DNA of 64,000 nucleotides from an uncultured bacterium (lineage in GTDB: Bacteria; Acidobacteriota; Thermoanaerobaculia; Multivoradales; JAHZIX01), in the NCBI GenBank assembly GCA_965368975.1, contig CBDUPA010000021.1, positions 50,352-114,351 on the forward strand. The letters run 5' to 3'. Under the pieces are notes generated by a model that searched no databases, was not told where the DNA came from, and saw only the letters and a program-made list of their open reading frames with translations. Both the position numbers and the translations under genes were made by a program. Position 1 is the stretch's first letter. Each line of letters opens with the position of its first letter. Positions 19,857 through 29,665 of the stretch are shown piece by piece.

Positions 19857-20711
19857 CCACTGCTCCGGCTGGCGACGGATCTCGGCTTCGATCAGGCCCA
19901 GCAGTTGCTGGGTGGCGGCGAACTCTCCCTCGCGGCTGGCTTCGTAGTCGCGCAGGTCGATCGCCGGATCGATGCGCAGAAAGTAGCCGTCACGCCCCTC
20001 CGCCACGGCAAACACCGGCACCACCGGCGTGCCGGTACGAATCGCCAGGAAGGCGACCAGAGGCGTCGTCGGACTGGGATGACCAAAGAAAGGCACGTCG
20101 ATGCCCCCTTCACGCACCCGCTGGTCGATCAGGATGCCGACACGCCCGCCCTTGCGCACCACCGTGCGCATGCGCTGGCCGGCGCCGCTCTTGAGGATGG
20201 TCTCGATACCGCAACGCTGACGAACGCGGTTGATGTCGCGGTCGACCAGCGGATTGTTGGGTGGTCGCACCACCAGGTGCAGTGACCCCATGTGATGACT
20301 GAGCGCATACGCCATCTGCTCGAAGGCTCCGAAGTGGCCACTGAGCACGAAGACACCGCGCCCCTGGGCATCGGCGGCGTCCAGGTTCTCCCAGCCCTCG
20401 ACGCGAAAGCGCTGCTCTACCGTCTCCGGACGCAGATGCTCGGCGGTGGCGATCTCGCAGAAGGTGATGCCGAAGTTCTGGAAGCAGCCGCGAGCAATCG
20501 CGCGGTGCCGTGTTTCGCCCAACGCCGGCAACGCCAGACGCAGGTTGCGCAGCGCCAGGCGCCGCTTGGGAGCCAGCAGGTAGTAGGTCAAGCCCCCGAG
20601 ACGGCGGCCGAAGCCACGGATGGAGGCCGGTGACATGGCCAGCAAGGAGCGCTGTACACCCCGGTAGAGGAGGTATTCGAAGCGGTAGTAGGCGTCGGAG
20701 CGGCGCGCCAT
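19827..20711 (-). CDS. Lipid A late acyltransferase (LpxL/HtrB family)
   Basis: GHFGAFE, ILIDQ, VPFFG, PEQWLWMHRRW. Confidence 0.9.
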   Translation of the reverse strand: MARRSDAYYRFEYLLYRGVQRSLLAMSPASIRGFGRRLGGLTYYLLAPKRRLALRNLRLALPALGETRHRAIARGCFQNFGITFCEIATAEHLRPETVEQRFRVEGWENLDAADAQGRGVFVLSGHFGAFEQMAYALSHHMGSLHLVVRPPNNPLVDRDINRVRQRCGIETILKSGAGQRMRTVVRKGGRVGILIDQRVREGGIDVPFFGHPSPTTPLVAFLAIRTGTPVVPVFAVAEGRDGYFLRIDPAIDLRDYEASREGEFAATQQLLGLIEAEIRRQPEQWLWMHRRWRS

Positions 20712-21649
20712 CAGGAAACTCCGGGATCGTCGAGCAACGGCAGCTCAGGGTAATAATAACCTTCGTGGTAGTCAGTGCGCACGGTATCCAGCGCCAGCAC
20801 CAGGTCGGGTTCGGATGCGGGCTGAAAGCGGCCCGCCGCCAGGGCTTCCATGTCAGCCTTGCCAGCGTCGTGAGCAAAACTTCGGCCGTCGAAGATCGCC
20901 AGCCAGCCAGACGGCACCGGCAGGACTTGCAGCGGCGACTCCTTCTCCTTCGTCTCGTGCCACCAGTCCAGGTAGGTGTCGAAAAGCCGCCGCACCTTCC
21001 ACTCTGAAGCGGCTTCAGCGTCCAGACGGCCAGCGTCGATCAGACACTCGACCAGTCGGGGCAGCGGTAGCGGCAGGATACGAAACTGCCGCGGCTGCAC
21101 CGCCGCGTTGGCATAGAACTGGTAGACCGGCTCGTCGTACTCGGTCAGACTCGAGAGTTCGGCGTCAAAATGCAGGTTCTCGGCCTGGATGTCCGCCTCC
21201 GGCGCGGTGGTCGAGGCGCGCGCGTCGTCCAGCTTGACGGCGCGCACGAAGAGATGCGTGCCGGCAAGTCCGGTCTCGACCCGCCGTAGCAACTCGACCA
21301 GATACGGGCACGTCTCGCAAACGTGCTGCCGCAGCGCTGCCGGCAACGGTCGCGGCAGGTCAGTCAGGCGTCCACCGCGCAGGGCCGTCAAATGGCCTTC
21401 CGCACGCAACCGCGCCATCTCCGCGATGGCACCGCTGCTCAGCTCCGGCGTCAGTGGCGACGGCAACGGCAGGATGCGCACCTCCTGGTCGAGGTCATCG
21501 AACTCGATGGTCTCGGCGAACGGCTGCACGCGCTCGACCACACCCGTCTCTTCGAGAAGAGTCGACCCGAAAGCTACCCCAAGAGCAGCCACAACCGTGC
21601 CCGCCTGAGGCACGGTGTAAACGGCGCGGGGACGGTCCGATGCAGGCAT
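20711..21649 (-). CDS. Divergent Fe(II) dioxygenase, possibly Kdo hydroxylase (KdoO)-like
   Basis: NLHFDA (HxD), QFYAN, and a distal AIFDGRSFAHDAG His. Translationally coupled to the LpxL-type gene. Confidence 0.45.
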   Translation of the reverse strand: MPASDRPRAVYTVPQAGTVVAALGVAFGSTLLEETGVVERVQPFAETIEFDDLDQEVRILPLPSPLTPELSSGAIAEMARLRAEGHLTALRGGRLTDLPRPLPAALRQHVCETCPYLVELLRRVETGLAGTHLFVRAVKLDDARASTTAPEADIQAENLHFDAELSSLTEYDEPVYQFYANAAVQPRQFRILPLPLPRLVECLIDAGRLDAEAASEWKVRRLFDTYLDWWHETKEKESPLQVLPVPSGWLAIFDGRSFAHDAGKADMEALAAGRFQPASEPDLVLALDTVRTDYHEGYYYPELPLLDDPGVS

Positions 21650-21735
21650 TCGCGGAGGCTAGCACAGCCTCTGCCGTCAGCAGCCGGCCTCAGACGTCAG
21701 ACGCAGGCGCCCCGGCCTTCAGGGCCCGCAACGGG

Positions 21736-22437
21736 TCAACGTGCATACTGCAACCACAGGCGATCGAACTCACCCTGGAAATCGCGCAGTAAACGAGCAT
21801 CGTCGCTGACCACCAGGTTCTCCTCGTTGCTGTCCGCGGCGCTGCGCGTCCAGTTGTAGCTACCCGTGACCAAGATCTCTCGGTCGAAGATGGCGAACTT
21901 GTGGTGCATGTGCTTGTCCGCGGCGTCGAAGCGCACGTCGATGCCATCCTGCGCCAGGCGCGAGACGTCGGAGCCGAGATCGCCAGACTTCTCCATGTCG
22001 CTCAGGATGCGTACGCTCACTCCCCGCCGATGGGCATCGCGCACCGCTTCGGACAGGCGGTCGTCCGTGATGGTGAAGACGCAGATGTCGAGCGTGCGTG
22101 CGGCCTGGCCGAGCAGATGGCGCAGCCGATTCAGGCACTCTGGACCCGGGCTGAAGTGCCCTTCGGCACATGTCGGCGGCGCCAGGGACTCACGCTCGTA
22201 GGCACGCAGCGCAGCAGTCAATTCTTCCAGCCATTTCAACACCTGTCTATCGCGCGTCGAGGTCAGATTCTCCGCCGCCAGGTCGAATATCCTGTTACGC
22301 ATGTAGCCCAGCCGCTGACTGTCTGGTGCTTGCTCTTCGAGCCATCCCTTGAATGCCTTGCGTTCGCCGCGCGATAGACGAGAGTCCTCGAGCGTGGCGC
22401 GCAGGATATCTTCGATTCCGGGAGTTCCCATGTTCAT
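21736..22437 (-). CDS. Phospholipase D-like (single HKD, Nuc-type) protein
   Basis: LDICVFTITD, MHHKFAIFD, TGSYNWTRSA, NEEN. Confidence 0.9.
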   Translation of the reverse strand: MNMGTPGIEDILRATLEDSRLSRGERKAFKGWLEEQAPDSQRLGYMRNRIFDLAAENLTSTRDRQVLKWLEELTAALRAYERESLAPPTCAEGHFSPGPECLNRLRHLLGQAARTLDICVFTITDDRLSEAVRDAHRRGVSVRILSDMEKSGDLGSDVSRLAQDGIDVRFDAADKHMHHKFAIFDREILVTGSYNWTRSAADSNEENLVVSDDARLLRDFQGEFDRLWLQYAR

Positions 22438-22438
22438 G

Positions 22439-23482
22439 ATGTCCTCACATTCTCCTAGTGTCGCGAATAGCCCTACCTCCTCTGGCCCCACCCAAAGACG
22501 CGAGTTCCACGGTCAGAACAGACCGTACGAAGTTACCCCACGCATCTGCGACCTCGGCATCGACGCCACGACCTGCATGTACGGCGTCTACGCCCTGCCG
22601 ACCCCCGAGGGCGGCTTCGTCCTGATCGAGACCGGCCCGAGCAGCGGCCTGTCTCGGCTACGGCACTGGCTTTCGGAGCAAGGCCTGGCACTGCAGGATC
22701 TGCGCGCCATCTTCCTCACCCACGTCCACCTGGACCACTCCGGAGCCTGCGGCACCCTGCTACGCCAGCGTGAGGTGCCAGTGTACTGCCACCCGCAAGC
22801 AGTCGACCACTTGGTGGATCCGAGCCGGCTCAAGGTCGGCAGTGATTCGCTCTTCCGCGCCAACCTCGACCAGATGTGGGGCAACGTCGAGGCCGTGGCC
22901 CCCAAGCAGCTCCACGGCATGGCTGACGGCGAGTCGATCACTGTCGGTGGCCTACACCTGCGCGCCTGGCATACGCCGGGACATGCCAGCAACCACGTCG
23001 CCTGGCAGTGGCTGAACGCCCCCGCGGCTGAGCGCAATGGTGGCAGATGCTCGATCTTCGCCGGCGATGTCGCCGGAATCTGCTTACCCGGCGCCTCCTA
23101 CGTCTGGCCGCCCACTCCCTCGCCCGACTTCGATCTCGACGGCTGGCTCTACAGCCTCGACCGGCTACGCCAGTTGCAGGCCGGACGCCTCTACCTGAGT
23201 CACTTCGGTGCCGTCGATGAAGTCACGGCACACCTCGACCAGCTGCAGGCACGCCTGTTGCGCTGGGTCGAGCTGGCCGAACGCGTGATGGCCGAAAGTT
23301 CGTCCAGCGGACGCGTCGCCGCTGAACTCAAACTCCTCGACGATGGCGAAGTCGCCTCCGCGGGCGTACCCCCCGAAGTCTTCGCCACTTTCGACCGCAA
23401 CAACCCCCACCGCCTCAACGCTGCGGGACTGGTCCGTTACCTGGTTCAGCGCGAAGCCCAGCTCACCCGCCGGGCGGGATGA
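22439..23482 (+). CDS. MBL-fold metallo-hydrolase (start uncertain)
   Basis: IETGP, LTHVHLDHSGA, TPGHASNH, FAGDVAG, PTPSPDFD, LSHFG. Confidence 0.85.
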   Translation: MSSHSPSVANSPTSSGPTQRREFHGQNRPYEVTPRICDLGIDATTCMYGVYALPTPEGGFVLIETGPSSGLSRLRHWLSEQGLALQDLRAIFLTHVHLDHSGACGTLLRQREVPVYCHPQAVDHLVDPSRLKVGSDSLFRANLDQMWGNVEAVAPKQLHGMADGESITVGGLHLRAWHTPGHASNHVAWQWLNAPAAERNGGRCSIFAGDVAGICLPGASYVWPPTPSPDFDLDGWLYSLDRLRQLQAGRLYLSHFGAVDEVTAHLDQLQARLLRWVELAERVMAESSSSGRVAAELKLLDDGEVASAGVPPEVFATFDRNNPHRLNAAGLVRYLVQREAQLTRRAG

Positions 23483-23506
23483 GCCCGCTCCGGCGGAGCC
23501 TAACTC

Positions 23507-24580
23507 CTACGACGCGTCTTCGATCAGGTCCGCCTTGCGCAGCTGAAGGCGTTCCGCGACGCGCTCGCTGACTTCGTAGACCCAGGAGCCGTGCAGGCGA
23601 TTGAAGTCTTCCAGCTCGTCCAGGCGCAACCGCAGGTCGGCTTTTTCCTGTAGCTCTTCGTCCGCTTCTTCGGTCGAGAAGGTGATCTGGTCGACGGTGT
23701 GGAAGGAACGTACCTGTAGGAAGTGACGGCCGTCGCGTTCGGCGCCGAGGAGTTCGTAGCCGGTCTGCTCGTCGAGCCAGAACTTCAGGTGCTGGTCGAA
23801 GTTCAGGCCGGCGACTTCTGGGGCGTTGGCCAGGAAGACCTGGTCGAAGGTGAGGTAGCTGAGCGCGGACTTGACCTTGTTGACCTCGGAAGCCTTCGCC
23901 TGACGGCCAGCTGGCACCTCCAGGAGTTGCAGTCCACTGCTCTCTTCGGGGATTTCGAAGGCGAAGTCGGCACCTTCGATGCGCGCCAGATCGCTTTGCT
24001 GGATGTCGAGGATGTCCTTGTCCAAAAAGCCCTCGACATCGCTGGCGACGTTGAGCGCCTGCTCGGTGAGGTAGACGGGCTGAGCGTCATCGCTGTCTGC
24101 GGCTTCGTCCTCGGCAGGCAAACGCTGCACGGCGACGCCGGCGCCTTCGGAGTCGACATAGCGGAAGCGCACCATGGTGTCACCGCTGGCGTCGAGCAAG
24201 TGGATCTGCCGCGCGCCACTGGTGGTGAGCCCCGCGGCTTCGGCGGTGCTGTCGCCCTTGCCGAGTTGGCGCTCGAGGCTGAGATCGAGAAGGTCGCGCA
24301 GCAGGCGGTTGACGGTCTCGTTGCGCGCCGGGTACCCCTCGGCTTCGACGATCAAGAAGGTGCCCTCGCCGCGACGCAGGGTCACGGACGTGTCCTCTTC
24401 GCCCTCGGTCTCCGTACCGCGCAGCTGGATGGTGGCGATCTGATCGACGTCGAGCGCTTCCAGGAACTTCTGGCCGCGCTCGAAGCGGTCGGCCCGCGTG
24501 ACACTGTCGCGGTAGGTCCACAAGGACAACAACAACAAGACGGCGGCGACCGTCGCCAGGGTGGTGTTCAGTTTACGCAT
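23507..24580 (-). CDS. DUF4340 domain protein (partner of the Gld-like ABC system)
   Basis: N-terminal TM anchor, GYPARNETVNRLL, C-terminal WVYEVS...L..RKADL. Last gene of the GldAFG-like operon. Confidence 0.7.
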   Translation of the reverse strand: MRKLNTTLATVAAVLLLLSLWTYRDSVTRADRFERGQKFLEALDVDQIATIQLRGTETEGEEDTSVTLRRGEGTFLIVEAEGYPARNETVNRLLRDLLDLSLERQLGKGDSTAEAAGLTTSGARQIHLLDASGDTMVRFRYVDSEGAGVAVQRLPAEDEAADSDDAQPVYLTEQALNVASDVEGFLDKDILDIQQSDLARIEGADFAFEIPEESSGLQLLEVPAGRQAKASEVNKVKSALSYLTFDQVFLANAPEVAGLNFDQHLKFWLDEQTGYELLGAERDGRHFLQVRSFHTVDQITFSTEEADEELQEKADLRLRLDELEDFNRLHGSWVYEVSERVAERLQLRKADLIEDAS

Positions 24581-26720
24581 CGTCACTCTTCTCCTTTGCA
24601 ACCTCGACCTCGTTCCCTGCGGCAGGCGCACCTGCGGCTGGCGTACCCGCGGCTGGCGTACCCGCTCGACGGGCCAGAGCTTCACTCAGCATGGCGCGGC
24701 GGCGCCAAGCGACGCCGATGCCGGCGAGCAGCACCAGCAGCGGCATCCACACCAGCACACTGAAGCGCACGCTCGCCTCCTCGCGTTCCAGCGCCTGACG
24801 CCGCTCCTTGCGGATCTCGCGCAGCTCGCGCTCACGCTCGGTCAGCGTCGTATTGACGCGCTCGACCTCGTCGCGCAGCTGCTTCTCCATCAGCGCCGCG
24901 TTGCGCTGCGTCATCTCGCTCTGCTTCTGGCTCAGCTCTTCCTGGAATCGCTGGATGTCTTCGCGCAGCTGACGCTCACGCTCCAACGTTTCCGCCGCCG
25001 CCGAGGCTTCGATCTCGTCGAAGCGCAGGAAGGGACGATCGATGCTGTGCTTGGCGCGCACTTGCATCAGCTCTTCCGAGCCGAGCAGGTAGTCGACGGC
25101 GTTGAGCAGCACCTTGTGGTTGTCGTTGGCCGCTTGCAGCAGGTTGAAGACGTTGCTGGCGAAGGCGATCTGGTCGGACAGCAGGTCGACGTCGGCGAAC
25201 ACCAAGACCGTCGCGTCGTCCCGCTGCTCCTCGGCCACCGGCTCGCGCCGCACCATCTCGGCATCGGCGGGCGGTGGCAGCTCGATCCCCGGGGGCAAAC
25301 CGGGTGGCGGGGCTGGTGTCTCGGCGGGGAACTCGACGCCCTGCGGGAAGGCGGACGGCAGGCGGCCGCTCAGCTGGTAGGCGAGCACGACTTTCTCGGT
25401 ACCCGGGCTGTAGCGATCGCGCAGCTTGGCCGGATCGCCGAGGTCCATGTAGTGCAGTCCCTCGGCACCGAAGCCGGGCTGGATCTCCAGCGTCGTGCCG
25501 GCGACGGTGGTGGTGATCAGCGGCGTGTACTCGACGCCGGCCGTATCGTTGTCCACGCCGTCCACCCGCTCCAGCGCGCCAGCCAGCACCAGGCGCAGGT
25601 CGGTCAGCCCCTGGAACACGGGATGATCAGGCGCCAGCGTCTGCTCCAGCATCGAACCGTCGAGCAGCAGGTCGATCAGGAACAGCTCGGTCCCACCCGT
25701 GCGCGTCGGCCGCTGCACGGCCAGGTCGAGATCGACGGCGAACTGGTTCTCGGGGCGCTGCAGGCCCCAGGCCGCGAGCAGCGGCTCCAGGTTGGATGCC
25801 GGCTGGTACTGCATCGCCTCCAGCTGTTGCTGCGGCGACTGTAGGAAGGCGGGCTGATCGTCGATGGCATAGGGATCGAGGAAGATCAGCGCGTTGCCGC
25901 CGGTGGTCACCCACTGGTCGATCGCCCACTGGGTCTTGACCGGCAGGCTCTTCGGGTGGATCACCAGCAGCAGGTCATACACGTCCCGCGAGATCTCGTC
26001 GACATCGGTGCCCAGGCTCTCGACCTGGTACAGCTCGCGCAGCAGGTCCAGGACGACCCACGGCTGCTGCGGCTGCCGTCCCTGGGCTGCCAGCATCTGC
26101 TGCATGTAGGGGTTGTCGGCGCCGGAACCCAACACTTCCAGGCTCGAAATCACGCCGATGCGGCCGCCGACCGGCCACTGCAAACGGTAGAGCGTCTTGG
26201 AGATCTCGTACTCCAGATTCTCTTGCTGGTCTGGCCACAGAAACTCGACCACCTCGCGGCTGCCGGTCTGGGTCTCGAACAAGAGGCCGAAGAAGAAGCG
26301 ATCGCCCTCCTGGTTGATCACCTTGCCGTCGAGCCCGGCTTCCAGGGCGTCTTGTTCTTCGTCACTGTCCGGCAGCGGATCGACGAACTCGACGCGCAAC
26401 CGCCCTTCGGACGCCCGCTCGTACTCGCGCAACAGGCTGCGCACATAGCGCTCATAGGTCAGGAAGTTCTTGATGAAGCGAGGCAGCGTCTTGCCGGTGG
26501 TCTCGGAAAAGTAGAGCGTGATGTCGACCGGCTTCTTACCCTCCTGGCGCATCTTGGCCAGCAAGCCTTCGCTACCCGGGGTCAAGGAATAGAGGTCGTC
26601 CTCGGTGAGGTCGACACGCACCCCCTCGGCCTGGCGTTGGAAGATGTGGACGGCGAACACGACACACAGCACCACCAGGATCACGGTGGTGGCGCGGGAC
26701 TGCAGGATCCGTTGCAACAT
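24573..26720 (-). CDS. GldG-family ABC auxiliary component
   Basis: RVDLTEDDLYSLT, VEFVDPLPDSDEE, ENLEYEI, AIDQW..GG.ALIFLDP, FADVDLL, coiled coil, C-terminal TM. Confidence 0.88.
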   Translation of the reverse strand: MLQRILQSRATTVILVVLCVVFAVHIFQRQAEGVRVDLTEDDLYSLTPGSEGLLAKMRQEGKKPVDITLYFSETTGKTLPRFIKNFLTYERYVRSLLREYERASEGRLRVEFVDPLPDSDEEQDALEAGLDGKVINQEGDRFFFGLLFETQTGSREVVEFLWPDQQENLEYEISKTLYRLQWPVGGRIGVISSLEVLGSGADNPYMQQMLAAQGRQPQQPWVVLDLLRELYQVESLGTDVDEISRDVYDLLLVIHPKSLPVKTQWAIDQWVTTGGNALIFLDPYAIDDQPAFLQSPQQQLEAMQYQPASNLEPLLAAWGLQRPENQFAVDLDLAVQRPTRTGGTELFLIDLLLDGSMLEQTLAPDHPVFQGLTDLRLVLAGALERVDGVDNDTAGVEYTPLITTTVAGTTLEIQPGFGAEGLHYMDLGDPAKLRDRYSPGTEKVVLAYQLSGRLPSAFPQGVEFPAETPAPPPGLPPGIELPPPADAEMVRREPVAEEQRDDATVLVFADVDLLSDQIAFASNVFNLLQAANDNHKVLLNAVDYLLGSEELMQVRAKHSIDRPFLRFDEIEASAAAETLERERQLREDIQRFQEELSQKQSEMTQRNAALMEKQLRDEVERVNTTLTERERELREIRKERRQALEREEASVRFSVLVWMPLLVLLAGIGVAWRRRAMLSEALARRAGTPAAGTPAAGAPAAGNEVEVAKEKSDDA

Positions 26721-26746
26721 AGTGAAACTCTCCTTGGTCGACGTGG

Positions 26747-27505
26747 TCAGTTGGCTTTCGTCTGGCGCAGCACCAGCGCGCCACAGACCAACCAGCTGGC
26801 GGTGAACAGGAGGAAGAAAGCGAGGGAGCCGAGTTCGAGCAGACCGCGGCTGAAGGTGGCGAGATGGTCGAGCAGGCTCAGGGACGCGACCAGCTGTTCG
26901 GCATACGAGCCCAGGATGTCGCCGACACCTTGCTGTGTCTCGGGTAGGCCGAGAAGCAGGAAGAGCACCGACGCCGCGACGCCGAGGATGAAGGCAACCA
27001 CCTGGTTCTTGCTCGACGCCGAGAACAGCATGCCGATGGCCAGGAAGACCCCGCCGGTGAGCCCACAGCCCAGGTAGCCAGCGAAGATCACGCCCCAGTC
27101 GGGATCGCCGAGTCGCGCCACCTGGTAGACCATCGGCCAGGTGCACAGCAGCGAGATACACAGGAAGCACCAACCCGCCAGGAACTTGCCGGCATAGGCG
27201 CCTTCCAGCGTCACCGGCAGGGTGAGCAGCAGCTCGACGGTGCCGCTCTTGCGCTCCTCGGCCCACAGCCGCATGGCCACCGCCGGTACCAGCACGACGA
27301 AGATCCACGGGATGTACTGGAAGAAGGGCGTCAGGTCGGCCTGCCGCAGCTCCAGGAAACGGCCGAAGTCGCGCGAGATGGCGAGATAGCCACTGGCGAC
27401 CAGGAAGATGACGATGAAGATGTAGCCGAGCGGCGAGGAGAAGTAGCTCTTGAGCTCGCGCCGGAAGACCGCCTTCCAGCCTTGGAGATCGATTCGGTTG
27501 CTCAT
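26747..27505 (-). CDS. ABC-2 permease, GldF-like
   Basis: RELKSYFSSPLGY, PAVAMRLWAEERKSGTVELLLTLP, KNQVVAFI. Confidence 0.9.
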   Translation of the reverse strand: MSNRIDLQGWKAVFRRELKSYFSSPLGYIFIVIFLVASGYLAISRDFGRFLELRQADLTPFFQYIPWIFVVLVPAVAMRLWAEERKSGTVELLLTLPVTLEGAYAGKFLAGWCFLCISLLCTWPMVYQVARLGDPDWGVIFAGYLGCGLTGGVFLAIGMLFSASSKNQVVAFILGVAASVLFLLLGLPETQQGVGDILGSYAEQLVASLSLLDHLATFSRGLLELGSLAFFLLFTASWLVCGALVLRQTKAN

Positions 27506-28257
27506 GCTGCCACCCCCTGCGTCACGTCACGGAAGAGTTCGTCGAGACGGCCGCCCGGTGCCTGCGCGCGCAGCTCCTGCGGCGTCGAATCGACCAGGAT
27601 GCGACCACGCGAGATGATCAAGGCGCGATTGCACACCCGCTCGACCTCGTCGAGGATATGGGTTGACAGCAGGATCGCCTTGTCCGCCGCCAGCTCTTCG
27701 ATCAGCTGGTGCACCATGAATTTCTGGTTCGGGTCGAGACCATCGGTGGGTTCGTCGAGGATCAGCACCGGCGGGTCGTGGATCAACGCCTGCGCCAGGC
27801 CGACACGCCGCTTGTAGCCTTTGGACAGCGTTTCGACCGTCTGCTGCTGCACCGACTCCAGGCCGGTCATCGCCACCACCCGGCGCACTGCCGCCGAGCG
27901 GTCGTCGAGTTCGCGCGCCTCGGCGATGAAGTCGAGAAAGCCGGTGACCGTCATCTCGCCGTAGGCCGGGGCATTCTCCGGCAGATAGCCGATCTCGCGC
28001 CGTGCCGCCAATGCGTCCACCGCGACGTCGTGGCCGCCGACGTGGATACTGCCGGCGTCCGGTTCGAGAAAGCCGGTGATCATCTTCATCGCGGTCGTCT
28101 TGCCGGCACCGTTGGGTCCGAGGAAGCCGAGCACATCACCGCGGCACATCTCGAAGTCGATGCCGTCCACGGCGACGATGGGACCGTAGCTCTTACGCAA
28201 TCCACGGACCTCGATACCGTGCCCGTCTGAAGGTGTCGTCGTCTGGGTTTCATCCAT
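27502..28257 (-). CDS. ABC transporter ATP-binding protein, GldA-like
   Basis: GPNGAGKTT, LSKGYKRR, ILDEPTDGLDP, STH. Confidence 0.93.
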   Translation of the reverse strand: MDETQTTTPSDGHGIEVRGLRKSYGPIVAVDGIDFEMCRGDVLGFLGPNGAGKTTAMKMITGFLEPDAGSIHVGGHDVAVDALAARREIGYLPENAPAYGEMTVTGFLDFIAEARELDDRSAAVRRVVAMTGLESVQQQTVETLSKGYKRRVGLAQALIHDPPVLILDEPTDGLDPNQKFMVHQLIEELAADKAILLSTHILDEVERVCNRALIISRGRILVDSTPQELRAQAPGGRLDELFRDVTQGVAA

Positions 28258-28540
28258 CGTTCCACCACCTCATCGTCAGCAATCGTCTTGACTCTGCGTG
28301 CAACGCGGGTCGGGCCGGCCAAAAACTGAGTCGGCCCGCCGCAGACCGTGCCACTTTGGCACGCAGTTGTTTCATGAAAAGGTCGTCACGGCGGAGTTTC
28401 GCCGTGGATACGGCAGGGAACCAGCAAATTCTGTGCCGCCCTCGGAACCGCACGAAACACGACTCTCGCGTCGTGGCGCTCGTGATAAGTTCCCTTCCGT
28501 TCGTCCTTTCGACGGACACCCCACGAACGACACCCGAACC

Positions 28541-29665
28541 ATGCGCGTATCTTCACTCCTCCCCGGCCTCGCCGCCGCCGTCGCCGTTGCCCTCACGGCC
28601 CGCTTCGCCCACGGCCTGCTTCCGCTCGGACTCCAGCCCGTGTTGGGGGAGGTCGTGCTGGCGGTGCTGCTCGGCTTGATCATCGCCAATGTCTGGACGC
28701 TGCCAGAGACCCTGCGGCCGGGCGTCAAGTTCAGCTTTCAGACACTGCTGCGCGTCGCCATCGTGCTGCTCGGCGCCCGCCTCAGCTTGCAGCAAGTTGC
28801 TTCCATCGGTGGCAAGGCGTTGATCCTGATCGCCATCCTGATGACGCTGGCGTTGACCCTCGCCCACCATGTCGGCCGTGCCGCCGGCATCCCGCCACGG
28901 CTGGCAGCGCTGATCGGCGTCGGCACCGCGGTGTGCGGCAACTCGGCGATCTCGGCGACGGCTCCCGTGATCGGCGCCAACGACGAAGAAGTCAGCTTCG
29001 CGGTCGCCACCAACACGCTGTTCGGTACGCTGGCCGTCTTTCTCTACCCGCTACTCGGCCACCTGCTGCAGCTCAGCGACGCCGCCTTCGGTACCTGGGC
29101 GGGTTCTGCAGTCAACGACACCTCGCAGGTCGTCGCGGCCGGCTTCGCCTTCAGTGACCCTGCCGGCGAGATCGCCACCGCCGTCAAGCTGACCCGCAAT
29201 GCCCTCATGGGGATCGTCATCGTGCTGATGGGGTTCTTGTATGGTGGCTCGGATCCGACCGGCAGCTCTGACCGGGACGACGGCAGGGCCAGCGAGACAA
29301 CACGTCGCGGCAAGGCGTCGAGCTTCCTGCGCCGTCTGCACCAGTCGCTGCCAGCCTTCGTTCTCGGCTTTCTGGCACTCGCGGTGCTCAATAGCCTCGG
29401 CGTGCTGAACGCCGTTTCCGACCTCGCCGGTATCGATCTGCGCACCCTGTTCACCCAGGCCTCGAAGTTCCTCATCCTCGTCGCGCTCGCCGGGGTCGGT
29501 CTCGGTACGCGCCTGGCACAGATGCGACGGATCGGCTTCAAGCCCTTCCTGCTCGGCCTGGCCGTGGCCACCGTCACCGCCGTCACCAGCTTGATCTTGA
29601 TCCAGCTGCTGGGCCCCGCAACCCTCTCGACGGCACCAGTCCCGACAGGAGGCATTGCACCTTGA
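28541..29665 (+). CDS. YeiH / putative sulfate exporter family membrane protein
   Basis: LLRVAIVLLG, GTAVCGNSAISA, FGTWAGSAVNDTSQVVAAG, VKLTRN. Confidence 0.9.
   Translation: MRVSSLLPGLAAAVAVALTARFAHGLLPLGLQPVLGEVVLAVLLGLIIANVWTLPETLRPGVKFSFQTLLRVAIVLLGARLSLQQVASIGGKALILIAILMTLALTLAHHVGRAAGIPPRLAALIGVGTAVCGNSAISATAPVIGANDEEVSFAVATNTLFGTLAVFLYPLLGHLLQLSDAAFGTWAGSAVNDTSQVVAAGFAFSDPAGEIATAVKLTRNALMGIVIVLMGFLYGGSDPTGSSDRDDGRASETTRRGKASSFLRRLHQSLPAFVLGFLALAVLNSLGVLNAVSDLAGIDLRTLFTQASKFLILVALAGVGLGTRLAQMRRIGFKPFLLGLAVATVTAVTSLILIQLLGPATLSTAPVPTGGIAP

Noticed and set aside
26721-27308. 911-aa version of the GldG-like ORF
   Set aside because: The extension overlaps the permease in another frame. 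An RBS (AAGGAG) precedes the ATG at 26720.
23507-28257. Gliding motility machinery
   Set aside because: GldAFG-like ABC plus DUF4340 operons are widespread in non-gliding bacteria. No motor genes are present.
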